A DNA stretch of 62,977 nt, filler included, from Dehalococcoidia bacterium (GTDB taxonomy: Bacteria; Chloroflexota; Dehalococcoidia; DSTF01; JACRBR01), in assembly GCA_041494685.1 (NCBI GenBank). It is 5 parts of 4 records of this genome, joined end to end, with 100 filler letters (N's around TTAATTAATTAA, not from the genome) between each part and the next. Parts side by side here need not be neighbours in the genome. Positions count along the whole stretch, not along the records: positions 1 to 12,536 come from JBGQBE010000003.1; positions 12,637 to 28,699 come from JBGQBE010000006.1; 3 more parts are not named here. The stretch is one strand, 5' to 3'. Under the pieces are notes generated by a model. It had not been told where the DNA came from and did no database searches. It was given only the letters and a program-made list of their open reading frames with translations. The translations under genes and the position numbers were made by a program. Positions 9,267-18,455 of this stretch are shown here, piece by piece. Within the stretch, counting starts at the first letter, position 1. Each line of letters begins with the position of its first letter.

Positions 9267-10179
9267 GTTGCACCTGCTCGATCGGGATGATCTCGGACTG
9301 GTCGCCCGGCGCCAGGCCGGCCAGCTTCTCCGCGTGGTAGGAGGAGCGCACCAGCGGTCCCGCCTCGACGTGCGTGAAACCGAGTTCGCGGCCGTAGTCG
9401 CGGAACGCCTGGTACTCGGACGGGTCGTAGTAGCGGTCAATCGGCAGGTGCTGCATGCTCGGCCGCAGGTACTGGCCGATCGTCAGGATGTCGCAGCCGT
9501 GGGCGCGCAGATCGCGCATCACCTGGAACAGCTCATCCTGCGTCTCCCCCAGGCCGACCATGAAGCCCGACTTCGTCAGCATGTCCGGCGCGGCGTCCTT
9601 CGCGCGCCGGATCAGCTCCAGCGAGCGCTCGTAGCGCGCCTGCGGCCGCACGACGCGATACAGCCGCGGCGCTGTCTCGATGTTGTGGTTCAGCACGAAC
9701 GGCCGGGCATCGACCACCATCGCCAGCGCGTCCCAGTTGCCCTTGAAGTCGGGGATCAGCACCTCGACGCGCACGGCCGGATCGTTGCGCCGGATGGCGC
9801 GGATGCAGGCGGCGAAGATCTCGGCGCCGCCGCTAGGGACGTCGTCGCGGTTCACGGACGTGATGACGACGTAGTCGAGCGCGAGCGTTCGCACGGTCTG
9901 CGCGAGCCGGAACGGCTCCAGCACGTCTATCTCACCCGGCCGTCCCGTAGTGACGGCGCAGAAGCCGCACGAGCGCGTGCAGACGTCGCCGAGGATCATG
10001 AACGTCGCGGTGCCGGAGTTCCAGCACTCGCCGGCGTTCGGGCAGCGCGCTTCTTCGCAGACGGTGTGCAGCCCCTGCTCGCGCATCAACCGCTGCAGCG
10101 ACTGGTAGCGGTCGCCCGCCGGGAACCGGACCTTCAGCCAGTCCGGCTTGCGGGGTATCGGGTGCGTCTCAGCGACCAT
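9259..10179 (-). CDS. lipA: Lipoyl synthase
   Basis: [27 protein letters not shown]. Confidence 0.96.
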   Translation of the reverse strand: MVAETHPIPRKPDWLKVRFPAGDRYQSLQRLMREQGLHTVCEEARCPNAGECWNSGTATFMILGDVCTRSCGFCAVTTGRPGEIDVLEPFRLAQTVRTLALDYVVITSVNRDDVPSGGAEIFAACIRAIRRNDPAVRVEVLIPDFKGNWDALAMVVDARPFVLNHNIETAPRLYRVVRPQARYERSLELIRRAKDAAPDMLTKSGFMVGLGETQDELFQVMRDLRAHGCDILTIGQYLRPSMQHLPIDRYYDPSEYQAFRDYGRELGFTHVEAGPLVRSSYHAEKLAGLAPGDQSEIIPIEQVQRG

Positions 10180-10849
10180 CGGCGACTCCAGCCAGCGCGT
10201 CCGCTTCGACGAGATCCAGCGCGAACCGCCGCGCGAGCGCGGCCGCGACTTCGTCCTCGACGGCGCGCATGTCGAAGGTCTCGTCTGTGAGCTGGCGCAT
10301 CGACGTGACGCCTGCGGACGCGTTGCCGCACGGGATGATCTGCTTGAAGTAGTCGAGGTCCGTATTGACGTTAAGCGCGAACCCGTGCGTCGTGACGCCG
10401 CGCGAGATGCGCACGCCGATCGCGGCGATCTTCTCGCCGCGCACCCAGGCGCCGGGCAGCCCCTCGGCGCGCTCCGCCGCGATGCCGAAGCGCGCGAGCA
10501 CGTCGATCAGCGCCGCTTCCAGCGAGCGGACGTATGCGACCGGCCCCTGCCCCCAGTCGCGGATCGGCAAGATGGGGTAGCCGACGAGTTGGCCCGGGCC
10601 GTGGAACGTCACGTCGCCGCCACGGTCGGTGCGGCGCACGTCCGCGCCGCGCGAACGGTACGCCTCCCGTGTGAGCAGCAGGTGCTCGGGATTGCCGCGC
10701 ACGCCGAGCGTGTAGACCGGCGGATGCTCGAGGAGGAGGATGGCGGGCGTGCCGCCGTCGCGCACCGCCTCGGCGATGCGTTGCTGTAACTGCCAGGCGT
10801 CCTGGTAGGGGGTGAGTCCGGGCCGGAGCAGGGTGCAGCGGGTTCCCAA
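10169..10849 (-). CDS. lipB: Lipoyl(octanoyl) transferase
   Basis: [43 protein letters not shown]; start codon uncertain (TTG 10849 or GTG 10900). Confidence 0.92.
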   Translation of the reverse strand: MGTRCTLLRPGLTPYQDAWQLQQRIAEAVRDGGTPAILLLEHPPVYTLGVRGNPEHLLLTREAYRSRGADVRRTDRGGDVTFHGPGQLVGYPILPIRDWGQGPVAYVRSLEAALIDVLARFGIAAERAEGLPGAWVRGEKIAAIGVRISRGVTTHGFALNVNTDLDYFKQIIPCGNASAGVTSMRQLTDETFDMRAVEDEVAAALARRFALDLVEADALAGVADGR

Positions 10850-11002
10850 CGGCCTGTCTTCCAGAAGCGGTGAACGCGTCGTCCAGGTTGAGGGTAGCAC
10901 AGAGCTGCGCCTCTCACCTCAGTGTCGGCGGGGCGGGCCACTGCTGGCGTAGGGAGATGCCCGATCTGGTGCCGCAGGGGGCTGCGCCCCGGCGAGACAA
11001 GG

Positions 11003-11031
11003 AAAAAGGGCCTCGCGTTACGCGAGGCCCT
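11003..11031 (-). terminator. Rho-independent terminator
   Basis: Minus strand AGGGCCTCGCG-TAA-CGCGAGGCCCT followed by TTTT, downstream of 11063..11764. Confidence 0.85.
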
Positions 11032-11062
11032 CTGCCAGCATGGTCGCTACGTCGCCGCGGGG

Positions 11063-11764
11063 CTAGTCGCGCCCCCCGCCGTCGTGACCGCCGCCACCGT
11101 GGCCTTCGCCGCGCTGGCTGCCACTCTGGCCGCCACTCTGGCTGTCGCCGCGCTGCTGGCCGTCGTCCTTGCGCTCACACGAACCGCCTGCCGCAGGCGT
11201 GGTGCCGGCAGCCGGTGTGCCGGTGAAGGAGCCGATGCCGCAGCCTTCGTGTTCGGGCGCTTCCGTCGGGCACGCGACGGGCGTGGCGCCGGCGGCCGGG
11301 GTGCCGCTGGCAGCGCCGTGCTCGCAGTCGTTCTTGTGGTTACAGGGGACCGGCGTGCCGCTGAAGTTTGCCGCGGGCGTGTCGCCGGACTGGCTGTGCT
11401 CGCAGCCTTCGCCGCGGTGCTCTTCGCCCGTGCAAGCGGCGGTCGTCGTGGTTGTCGCAGCCGGCGTGTCGGTTGCTACCGGCGTCGTCGTGGCCGCGCC
11501 TGGTGTGGCGTTGCCCTTGTGGTGGTCGCATTCGTCGCCGGCGGCGGAAGTGGCGGCTGTGGCCGTGGCTGTCGGGGCCGGCGTGTCGGTTGCTACCGGC
11601 GTCGAGGTGTCAGTGGCCACCGGGGTGTTGGTGGCTGCGACGTCGGTGGGAGTGCTGGTCGGGTCGGCCAGGAAGTTCACCGCGTCCTGCGAGGCAAACG
11701 CCCCGACGGCGGCGAGCGAGACCAAGCCCACTCCGATGACTGTAGCGATGATCTTCTGTCTCAC
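11063..11764 (-). CDS. Secreted low-complexity Thr/Pro-rich protein with Cys/His modules
   Basis: Signal peptide; ATDTP-type repeats; CDHH, CEH, CNH, HEGC; AGGAG SD; terminator downstream. Confidence 0.7.
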   Translation of the reverse strand: MRQKIIATVIGVGLVSLAAVGAFASQDAVNFLADPTSTPTDVAATNTPVATDTSTPVATDTPAPTATATAATSAAGDECDHHKGNATPGAATTTPVATDTPAATTTTTAACTGEEHRGEGCEHSQSGDTPAANFSGTPVPCNHKNDCEHGAASGTPAAGATPVACPTEAPEHEGCGIGSFTGTPAAGTTPAAGGSCERKDDGQQRGDSQSGGQSGSQRGEGHGGGGHDGGGRD

Positions 11765-11863
11765 AGGCGTTGCTCCTGAATCTATAGCATGGGTCGTGAG
11801 GCTCTTGCCTCACAGGTGATATCGGCTCGGGGAGGCCAGAAGTAACGCTAGATGTGCCAATTC

Positions 11864-12535
11864 TTACGCCAGACGGGTCACGATGGTGCTCGCCGAGTGG
11901 GGCGGCAGCTCCACAATGCGCGTGCTCCGGATTCGGCGGTCGCTCATGCCGACGGCGTTGGGCCGTTCAAATGAGTTCGCCGAATCGACGCCGGCTCCGT
12001 TGATCTCGTATACCGCTGCGTCGGCATCCGCGACCGCGCCTGCGATCTCAAGTGAAGCCGTCTGGGTTCGATGCAGGTTCACGGCGTGGACGTATGCCGT
12101 GCCGGACGCGTCGTCGTAGGTGACCGCGACGTCCACCCAGGGCACGTCCTGGCCGCGCGCAGAGAAAGTCTCTGACTCCGCGAGGGCGTCCAGTGCGACG
12201 CTGCCGCGGTGCTCCGCATGCATCAGCAGCGGGTAGTAGATGGTCTGCAGGAACAGCCGATCCGGCGACGTGAAGATCGGCGCGATGACGTTGACCATCT
12301 GCGCCATGTTGGCCATGCCGACGCCCCAGGCGTTGCGGATCAGCGTATTCAGGTACGCCGCGACGCAGAGCGCGTCCGCCAGGTCGTACTGCTCTTCGTG
12401 CAGGGTGCCGTACTTCGCGAAGTCGTTGCGGCGGTAGAAGACGTTCCACTCATCGACGCAGATGCGGATCTCGCGCCGGATATCGTAGCGGTGGCGCGCC
12501 GCCTCGATCAGGCCCCAGAGGTCGCGCAGGTAGCG
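11864..12535 (-). CDS. Alpha-L-arabinofuranosidase (GH51), C-terminal part (5' truncated by contig end)
   Basis: DEWNV...EEQYDLADAL...MANMAQMVNVIAPI...ANSFERPNAV. Confidence 0.85.
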   Translation of the reverse strand, partial: RYLRDLWGLIEAARHRYDIRREIRICVDEWNVFYRRNDFAKYGTLHEEQYDLADALCVAAYLNTLIRNAWGVGMANMAQMVNVIAPIFTSPDRLFLQTIYYPLLMHAEHRGSVALDALAESETFSARGQDVPWVDVAVTYDDASGTAYVHAVNLHRTQTASLEIAGAVADADAAVYEINGAGVDSANSFERPNAVGMSDRRIRSTRIVELPPHSASTIVTRLA

Positions 12536-12536
12536 C

Positions 12537-12636
12537 NNNNNNNNNNNNNNNNNNNNNNNNNNNNNNNNNNNNNNNNNNNNTTAATTAATTAANNNNNNNN
12601 NNNNNNNNNNNNNNNNNNNNNNNNNNNNNNNNNNNN
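12537..12636. other. Artificial contig spacer
   Basis: 100-nt N-run containing TTAATTAATTAA (stops in all frames). Confidence 0.99.
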
Positions 12637-12637
12637 C

Positions 12638-12898
12638 ACGTCGGGGATGATCAAGCTGATCTTCGACCCGGAGACGCGCGGTATCCTCGGCGTCCACATC
12701 ATCGGCGAGCGGGCGTCGGAGCTCATCCACGTCGGCCAGATGGCGATGCACTACGCCGGCACGATCGACGTCTTCATCGAGAGCGTGTTCAACTTCCCCA
12801 CGCTCGCCGACGCCTACAAGTACGCCGCCTACGACGCGCTGCAGCAGATCCAGCGCCGCCGCGAACATCCCCCGTCCGCGCAGCCCGCCCCCGCGTAG
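12638..12898 (+). CDS. sthA: Soluble pyridine nucleotide transhydrogenase, C-terminal fragment
   Basis: KLIFD...LGVHIIGERASELIHVGQ...FNFPTLADAYKYAAYDAL dimerisation domain. Confidence 0.8.
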   Translation, partial: TSGMIKLIFDPETRGILGVHIIGERASELIHVGQMAMHYAGTIDVFIESVFNFPTLADAYKYAAYDALQQIQRRREHPPSAQPAPA

Positions 12899-12910
12899 CG
12901 TCGCGGGCCC

Positions 12911-13000
12911 TGCGAACACGCGCCGAACATCCACGCCACGGACCGCGGGTCGGCCGAGCTGATGTCTCCGTCGCTGTTCACATCGAAGTCCCGGATGTCC
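12911..13000 (-). pseudogene. Orphan dockerin-like repeat remnant
   Basis: Translates DIRDFDVNSDGDISSADPRSVAWMFGAC, resembling the dockerin repeats of the upstream gene but out of frame and after its stop. Confidence 0.5.
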
Positions 13001-13010
13001 TGGCCGCTCC

Positions 13011-15023
13011 CTACGCGCAGCGATGCATGCCGAACACCAGCGCCTGCTTGCCCAGGTCGCCGATCGTGATCTTGTTGTCGCCGTTCTGGTCGTAGGAGGC
13101 AGGCGCCGGCGGGATCGTCTGCGCGAACCACAGTGCGACCTTGCCCAGGTCGCCGATGCTCACGACGCCGTCACCCGTCACGTCGGCCAGGGCGATGGCC
13201 GCACACTGGGCCGCCGTGGGCGTGCTCGTCGGCGTGCGCGTGGCGGTCGCCGTTGGCGTGGGCGTGTTTGTGGCGCTCGGAGTAGGCGTATTCGTATTCG
13301 TCGGCGTGGGCGTGCTCGTGGCGGGCGGCGGGGTGTACACGATGCGCCTGAGCTCGCCCGTATTCAACGCCATGTAGTAGATGTTGCCGTCCGGGCCGGT
13401 CTCGAAGTCGACCGGGCCGTCCGCGTCGCTCGAGAACAGCTGCGCGCTCCCCGGCACCAGGTGGTTCGATCCGTCCGCCTTCAGCACGTGAATCTGGTTA
13501 CGGGAGTAGTCGCCCCAGAAGAAGGTGTTCTGGTACTGCGCGCTGTAGCCGTTATTGCCGGTGAAGCTGCCGCCGATGACCGAGGCCGGCCCGGGGTGAA
13601 AATACGTGTAGATCGGCTTCGTGTCGGTGCCCGCGGCGATGAGCGCCGGGCAGTCCGCTCCGGCGACGGACATGCCGGCATAGGTCGTCCCCCACGTCGG
13701 ATCGCCGTTCCAATCGAGCCCCTCCCAGCAGGGCCAGCCCAGGTTCGCACCGCCCGCGAACGCGTCGACCTCCTCCGTCGTATACCAGCCGACGTCGCCG
13801 CTGAAGATCGTGTTCGTGCCCGGCCGGAAGTTGAAGCGGAACGTGTTGCGCACGCCGTACGCCCACACCTTCGAGCGCGTCGCCGTCAGGTCGCATCCGG
13901 GGCTGCAGACCGTGAACGGGTTGTCGGCCAGCCCCTGCCCGTTCGCCGGGTTGATCCGCAGGATCTTCCCTGCCAGCCGGTCCTTGTTCTGCGCCCGCAG
14001 CGCCAGCACGTCCACGTAGTCGAAGCTTGCGCCGTCACCGGTCGCGGCGTAGAGCATGCCGTCCGGACCGAACTTCAGCGCCCCGACGGAGTGGCTCGCC
14101 CCGTCCGACGGGATGCAGTCGTCCGTCAGCGGCCAGTCTTCGCACGACGGCTTCAGGTGTGTGCCGACGCGGCTTCCCGCCAGCACGAGCTCACTGGCCG
14201 GCGAGGCCGTGTCCCCGCTCGCGGTCACGCGGATGATGCGGCCGTTCTTCGGGCCGCTGACGTTGGCAACGTCATTTTCGTACGTGAACGAGAAGTACAC
14301 GTACCCGTTGCTCCCGAAGTTCGGGTCCAGCGCCATCCCCAGCAGGCCGTGGTCCCAGTACGTGCTCACGTTCTGGATCTGATAGAACGGCGTCGGCAGC
14401 AGCGCGCCGTTCTTGTAGATCACCACCGTGCCGTCCTTCTCGCCGATGAAGATGCGCCCGTCCGGCGCGAACGCGAACGCCGTGGTGCCCCACGGCGCCG
14501 CGGTCACGACCGTTTCCGTCGTGAAGTTATCGAGGTCCTGCCGGCGCGTCAGCCAGAAGTGGATCGTCGCGCCGTTCGCTGCGTCGTAGAATTCCACCGT
14601 CACCACGTGCGGGCCGGCCGTCATGTGGCGCACGGCCGAGTGCACGGTCGGCGGCTCGTCGTACCATGCGTCGAGCGGGAGCGCGGCCGGGCTGCCGTCG
14701 AGGAAGATGCGCGCGCCGTCGTCGCTCTCCGCCGAGAACTCGTACACGCCGTCGACAACGTCGATCGTGCGCGTCCAGCGCACGCTGAAGCCGTCGGCGT
14801 TGACGCCAGGTCCCGGCGAGCCGGCCCAGACGAAGTTGATGTCGGGCCCGTCGTCGCGCGTGAGCACCGACGGTGCGGTCAGCGTCTTGTTGTTGAAGTA
14901 CGTCCCGATCCAGCCGGGAGCGACGGCGACGGCGCGTGGCGCCTGTGCCGGCGCAAGCAGCGCCACGGCGAGCAAGACGACGACTGCGGCCGCGCACGGC
15001 CAGCGCCAGAGCATCCGAACCAT
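13011..15023 (-). CDS. Secreted PA14 + glucose/sorbosone dehydrogenase (PQQ beta-propeller) + dockerin-like protein
   Basis: PA14 (FSVRW, SDDGARIFLDG), GSDH (GLLGMALDPNF, FGPDGMLY, GKILRI, YGVRN, NLGWP), PT linker, DVTGDGVVSIGDL and DQNGDNKITIGDL repeats. Confidence 0.85.
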   Translation of the reverse strand: MVRMLWRWPCAAAVVVLLAVALLAPAQAPRAVAVAPGWIGTYFNNKTLTAPSVLTRDDGPDINFVWAGSPGPGVNADGFSVRWTRTIDVVDGVYEFSAESDDGARIFLDGSPAALPLDAWYDEPPTVHSAVRHMTAGPHVVTVEFYDAANGATIHFWLTRRQDLDNFTTETVVTAAPWGTTAFAFAPDGRIFIGEKDGTVVIYKNGALLPTPFYQIQNVSTYWDHGLLGMALDPNFGSNGYVYFSFTYENDVANVSGPKNGRIIRVTASGDTASPASELVLAGSRVGTHLKPSCEDWPLTDDCIPSDGASHSVGALKFGPDGMLYAATGDGASFDYVDVLALRAQNKDRLAGKILRINPANGQGLADNPFTVCSPGCDLTATRSKVWAYGVRNTFRFNFRPGTNTIFSGDVGWYTTEEVDAFAGGANLGWPCWEGLDWNGDPTWGTTYAGMSVAGADCPALIAAGTDTKPIYTYFHPGPASVIGGSFTGNNGYSAQYQNTFFWGDYSRNQIHVLKADGSNHLVPGSAQLFSSDADGPVDFETGPDGNIYYMALNTGELRRIVYTPPPATSTPTPTNTNTPTPSATNTPTPTATATRTPTSTPTAAQCAAIALADVTGDGVVSIGDLGKVALWFAQTIPPAPASYDQNGDNKITIGDLGKQALVFGMHRCA

Positions 15024-15269
15024 GGGTACTAGAGCCTTTCGGCGGGCGCCAAGCGGAACCCTTCACATCGTGACGTTCGCGCGCGCCCGCCGTCACCTGC
15101 CGAACGGCCGGATAGTGAGTGGCCTGTCAACTTCCTTGATGACTGTTCGGGCCGGGCGTCCTTGACAGCGCGAAGTCCGAATGGCCCTTCAATATCAGGC
15201 CACGGCGGGCCATTCTGGTAGACGTTCACGTTGCGCGCCCGGCGGGGTGCGAGGAACACGGATGGTCTC

Positions 15270-16760
15270 ATGCGCCTTGTCCCGCTTCCGATGAGCCTGC
15301 CCGGCCGGACCGTGGCCGGCATCGCGCTGCTGGCGCTGGCGCTCGCCCTGGGCGCGGGCGCGCTCGGCGGCGGTACCACGCGCGCCTCGACGATCGACGT
15401 CGTCGCCGGCCCGGACAGCGCGTTCTGCCCCGTCTCGAGCCCGGATAACGTCTACTGCCCGGCGGACATCACCATCAACGTCGGCGACACGATCCGCTGG
15501 ACACAGGCGCCCGGCGCCGTGCCGCACGACGTGCGCGAGTTCACCACCGGCGCCTGGGGCGCGCGTTCCCTGCCGTTCACGAAGACCTTCGACACGCCCG
15601 GCGTCGTGGTCTACTACTGCTCTCTTCACGTCTTGCCGCCGGACAAGCCGCTGGTGAAGGCCGCGCTCGACACCAACGGCGACGGGCAGTTCACCCTCGA
15701 CGACCATCCGTCGCCCGACGTCTTCAGCACGTGGATGGTCGGGTGGATCATCGTCGCCGCGCCGCCGACGGCCACGCCGACGATCACCGACACCGCCGTG
15801 CCGGGCACCACGCCCACCATCACCGACACGCCCACGATCACCAGTACGCCGACCATCACCGATACGCCGACGATCACGCCCACGCGCACGCCCACCTTCA
15901 CGCCGACGCTCACGCCCACGCCCGCCCCCAACACGGAAACAGTGGACATGGGCAACTTCTTCTTCGCGCCGAAGCACCTGACGGTCCGCGTCGGCGACAC
16001 GGTGCGCTGGCTGAACAACAGCGACGTGCCGCACAATGCCACCTCCGACAGCGGGGTCTGGGACGCCGGCTTCGTCGATCCGGGCGGCGCCTTCGCCTTC
16101 AAGTTCGACAGGGTCGGGACCTACGCCTACCGCTGCACGATCCACGTCGCCCAGGGCCAGGTCGGCACCATCGTCGTCGAGCTGGAGGTGACGCCGTCCG
16201 CGACACCCTCACCCGGGCCGTCGCCGACACCCACGCGGACGGCCACCGCGCCTCCGTTCCCGACGGAGCCGCCCGCCGGCGTCAACGCCGTCCTCGGCGA
16301 GGAGATCGCCGCCCGCGCGCCGATGACCGTCGAGGTGGCGCAGGCCGACTTCTCGTTCGTGCCGCGCCGCATCGTCGTCAACGCCGGCGACACGGTGCGC
16401 TGGGTCAACCGGGGCGCCGTCCAGCACAACACGACCGCCGACGGCGGCCTGTGGGCATCGAAGCTGATGATGGAGCCGGGCGAGGCGTTCTCGTTCACCT
16501 TCACCGAGGCCGGCACCTACACCTACACGTGCACCCTGCACGCGCCGCTGGGACAGGTCGGCTCCGTCGTCGTCCAGCCGCCCGGCTCGCGCGGCCGCAC
16601 CGCGTCGGCCCTGCCGGTCGTCGGCAGCGGCCCGCCATCCGGCGGCCGGTCGCTGCGGCTCAGCCTCGTCGCCGCCATCGCGGCAACCGGCGCGGCCCTG
16701 CTCTTCGCGCCGCTGCGCCGCCGGCGCGGTGCGGGCATCGTGACCATTCGTCGCGATTGA
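15270..16760 (+). CDS. Surface-anchored protein with three cupredoxin (plastocyanin/azurin-like) domains
   Basis: Signal peptide; three GDTIRW/GDTVRW..PH/QH..YxCxxH domains separated by TPT linkers; LPVVG + TM + RRRR tail. Confidence 0.85.
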   Translation: MRLVPLPMSLPGRTVAGIALLALALALGAGALGGGTTRASTIDVVAGPDSAFCPVSSPDNVYCPADITINVGDTIRWTQAPGAVPHDVREFTTGAWGARSLPFTKTFDTPGVVVYYCSLHVLPPDKPLVKAALDTNGDGQFTLDDHPSPDVFSTWMVGWIIVAAPPTATPTITDTAVPGTTPTITDTPTITSTPTITDTPTITPTRTPTFTPTLTPTPAPNTETVDMGNFFFAPKHLTVRVGDTVRWLNNSDVPHNATSDSGVWDAGFVDPGGAFAFKFDRVGTYAYRCTIHVAQGQVGTIVVELEVTPSATPSPGPSPTPTRTATAPPFPTEPPAGVNAVLGEEIAARAPMTVEVAQADFSFVPRRIVVNAGDTVRWVNRGAVQHNTTADGGLWASKLMMEPGEAFSFTFTEAGTYTYTCTLHAPLGQVGSVVVQPPGSRGRTASALPVVGSGPPSGGRSLRLSLVAAIAATGAALLFAPLRRRRGAGIVTIRRD

Positions 16761-16838
16761 CAGGCACGCGTGGCCATCTGCCACGCCTTCTCGCTCGGCG
16801 ACGCCACGCGCGGCCGGTCCGTTTGGTGCAGACGCGTA

Positions 16839-17441
16839 CTACGATGCCTGCGCGCGCGGCATGCGGAGCAGCGGATGCCTGCGACGGCGCAGCGCCTCCA
16901 GCGCGAGACGGTCCAGGGGATACGTCAGCGCCGTGACGCCGCCGCGCTCCGGCACGATGCCGAGCGCCCGCGCGTCGATATCGGGCAGCAGCACGGCGGT
17001 GAGATGATCGCGCAGGCGCGCGACCAGGTCGCAGGGCAGCAGCTCCTGGCCGTGCAGGCGCAGCGTCTCCACCACGAACTCCTGTGACTGGCCGCGGTCG
17101 ATCGGCGCCAGGTCGAACAGCAGCACGCCCAGGTGCCGCCCGCCCTGCTCCGCCCGCGCCAGCTCCTGCTCCAGCCGCGCGAAGAACTGCTCCGCGTCAC
17201 GGAACCGCGGCTGCGGGGCGCCGCCAGCGCCGGCGCTCTCGGCATCCTCCCGGTCGAGACGGAGTTCGCCGGCCGAGCCGCCGCCGGCGCCCTTCTTGTG
17301 CGCCTTCAGCCAGCGGCGGATGTCGTCGTTCGGAGCCGGCAGCTCGATGGCGATGGCGCCGGACGGCAGTTGCTCGTCGAGCGACATCACCACGTCCAGG
17401 ATCTCGCCGGACAGCGCCTCGATGATCACGTAGAAGGGCAT
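16839..17441 (-). CDS. Protein with degenerate GGDEF-like domain
   Basis: FFARLEQELARAE...LGVLLFDL...DLVARL....AVLLPD pattern with GGDEF replaced by RDHLT. Confidence 0.6.
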   Translation of the reverse strand: MPFYVIIEALSGEILDVVMSLDEQLPSGAIAIELPAPNDDIRRWLKAHKKGAGGGSAGELRLDREDAESAGAGGAPQPRFRDAEQFFARLEQELARAEQGGRHLGVLLFDLAPIDRGQSQEFVVETLRLHGQELLPCDLVARLRDHLTAVLLPDIDARALGIVPERGGVTALTYPLDRLALEALRRRRHPLLRMPRAQAS

Positions 17442-17509
17442 GGCGCGCCTCGCTGCTGCCGCCCCTCCCCCGCACTAAGTATCGGCCTGGCCCGACGGAC
17501 GCGCAGCAG

Positions 17510-18040
17510 TCAGTCGGACCAGAAGCTGTAGCGCTGGGCCCGTCGCAGCTTGAAGTCCGTCTCCGGCAGCTTGAACCCCTGCACGCGGATCTGCTTCAGC
17601 ATCGCTTCGAGTTGCCGCTTCTCCACGGCGTTCAGCGCCGGCGTGAACAGGTCGTCGTACAACTCCTCGGACAGTTGCACGATCTCCTCAGCGACGGGCC
17701 GGCCCTGCTCGGTCAGCTGAAGCCCGACCGCCCGGCGATCCTTCGGGTCGGGCAGCCGCTCCACCCACCCGCGCGACTCGATGCGGTGCAGGATGCCCGT
17801 GATGCTCTGTGTCTCCTGGAATAACAGGGTCGCGACCGTGCTGGGCTTGATCGGCGCGGGCGAGAAGTACAACAGCGCCAGTACGCGCGCCTGCGACGCT
17901 GAGACGTCCAGGTGGTAGTACCGCCGGTCCAGCAGCTTGAACGACATCCAGTAGATCTCGGTGATCAGCACCCACGGCAGCGTCTTCTCCATCATCGCCG
18001 CCGCCTCGGACCGGGTCCTTTCCGCGCTCGCCGTCGTCAT
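17510..18040 (-). CDS. MarR-family transcriptional regulator
   Basis: SASQARVL...ITGILHRIESRGWVERLPDPKDRRAVGLQLTEQG. Confidence 0.9.
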   Translation of the reverse strand: MTTASAERTRSEAAAMMEKTLPWVLITEIYWMSFKLLDRRYYHLDVSASQARVLALLYFSPAPIKPSTVATLLFQETQSITGILHRIESRGWVERLPDPKDRRAVGLQLTEQGRPVAEEIVQLSEELYDDLFTPALNAVEKRQLEAMLKQIRVQGFKLPETDFKLRRAQRYSFWSD

Positions 18041-18296
18041 GCCCTCGTCCCTCCTGCCTTCGCCCTCGCCGTCCGGCGGCGACGAGCCCCCCTGCTGGAT
18101 GGTTCCGGCGCGCAACGGGCACCTACCGCGCCGCGCCCGGCATGCGCATCCGCGTCGCGCCGACACGGCACACGGATGCGAACTGACTTGATCGGTAGGT
18201 TCGTCGATACGCGTCGCAATGTCAACGCGGCACGGCCCGTTTGGCGCGACTTTTTTCACTGTCGCTGCCATAACCCGTCAACCGCGCGGCTACAGG

Positions 18297-18455
18297 CTAC
18301 GGCTTGCGGCCGGCGTTCTTGCGCAGGCGTTTCAGGATCGCGTTGCGGTAGGTCTCCGCCGTGCGGCCGCCGTGTTTGCGCATGCGGTCGCGCTCCGCCT
18401 GGCGGCGGCGCTCGCGGCGCTCGGCGCGTTCGTCGCGCGGCGGTTCATCGCTCAC
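18297..18455 (-). CDS. Small basic hypothetical protein (52 aa)
   Basis: Below ORF-track cutoff; GTG overlaps SDR stop (GTGA); MSDEPPRDERAERRERRRQAERDRMRKHGGRTAETYRNAILKRLRKNAGRKP; GC-rich third positions. Confidence 0.55.
   Translation of the reverse strand: MSDEPPRDERAERRERRRQAERDRMRKHGGRTAETYRNAILKRLRKNAGRKP

Noticed and set aside
10860..10990. Possible TPP riboswitch upstream of the lip/pdh operon
   Set aside because: TGAGA...ACCCT/AACCTG fragments are on the minus strand but the GCGTAGGGA-like 3' part is on the plus strand; better explained as a TGnTACCCT promoter plus a degenerate REP
12537..12636. TTAATTAATTAA palindrome within N-runs (also 28700, 56652, 58365)
   Set aside because: Identical 100-nt artificial contig linkers; not biological, and adjacency across them is meaningless
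15760..15930. Tandem 18-nt-like repeats that could mimic a CRISPR or DGR repeat
   Set aside because: They encode the in-frame TPTITD linker of the cupredoxin; no unique spacers, cas genes or reverse transcriptase; same for TP linkers at about 13220-13330 and 11460-11660
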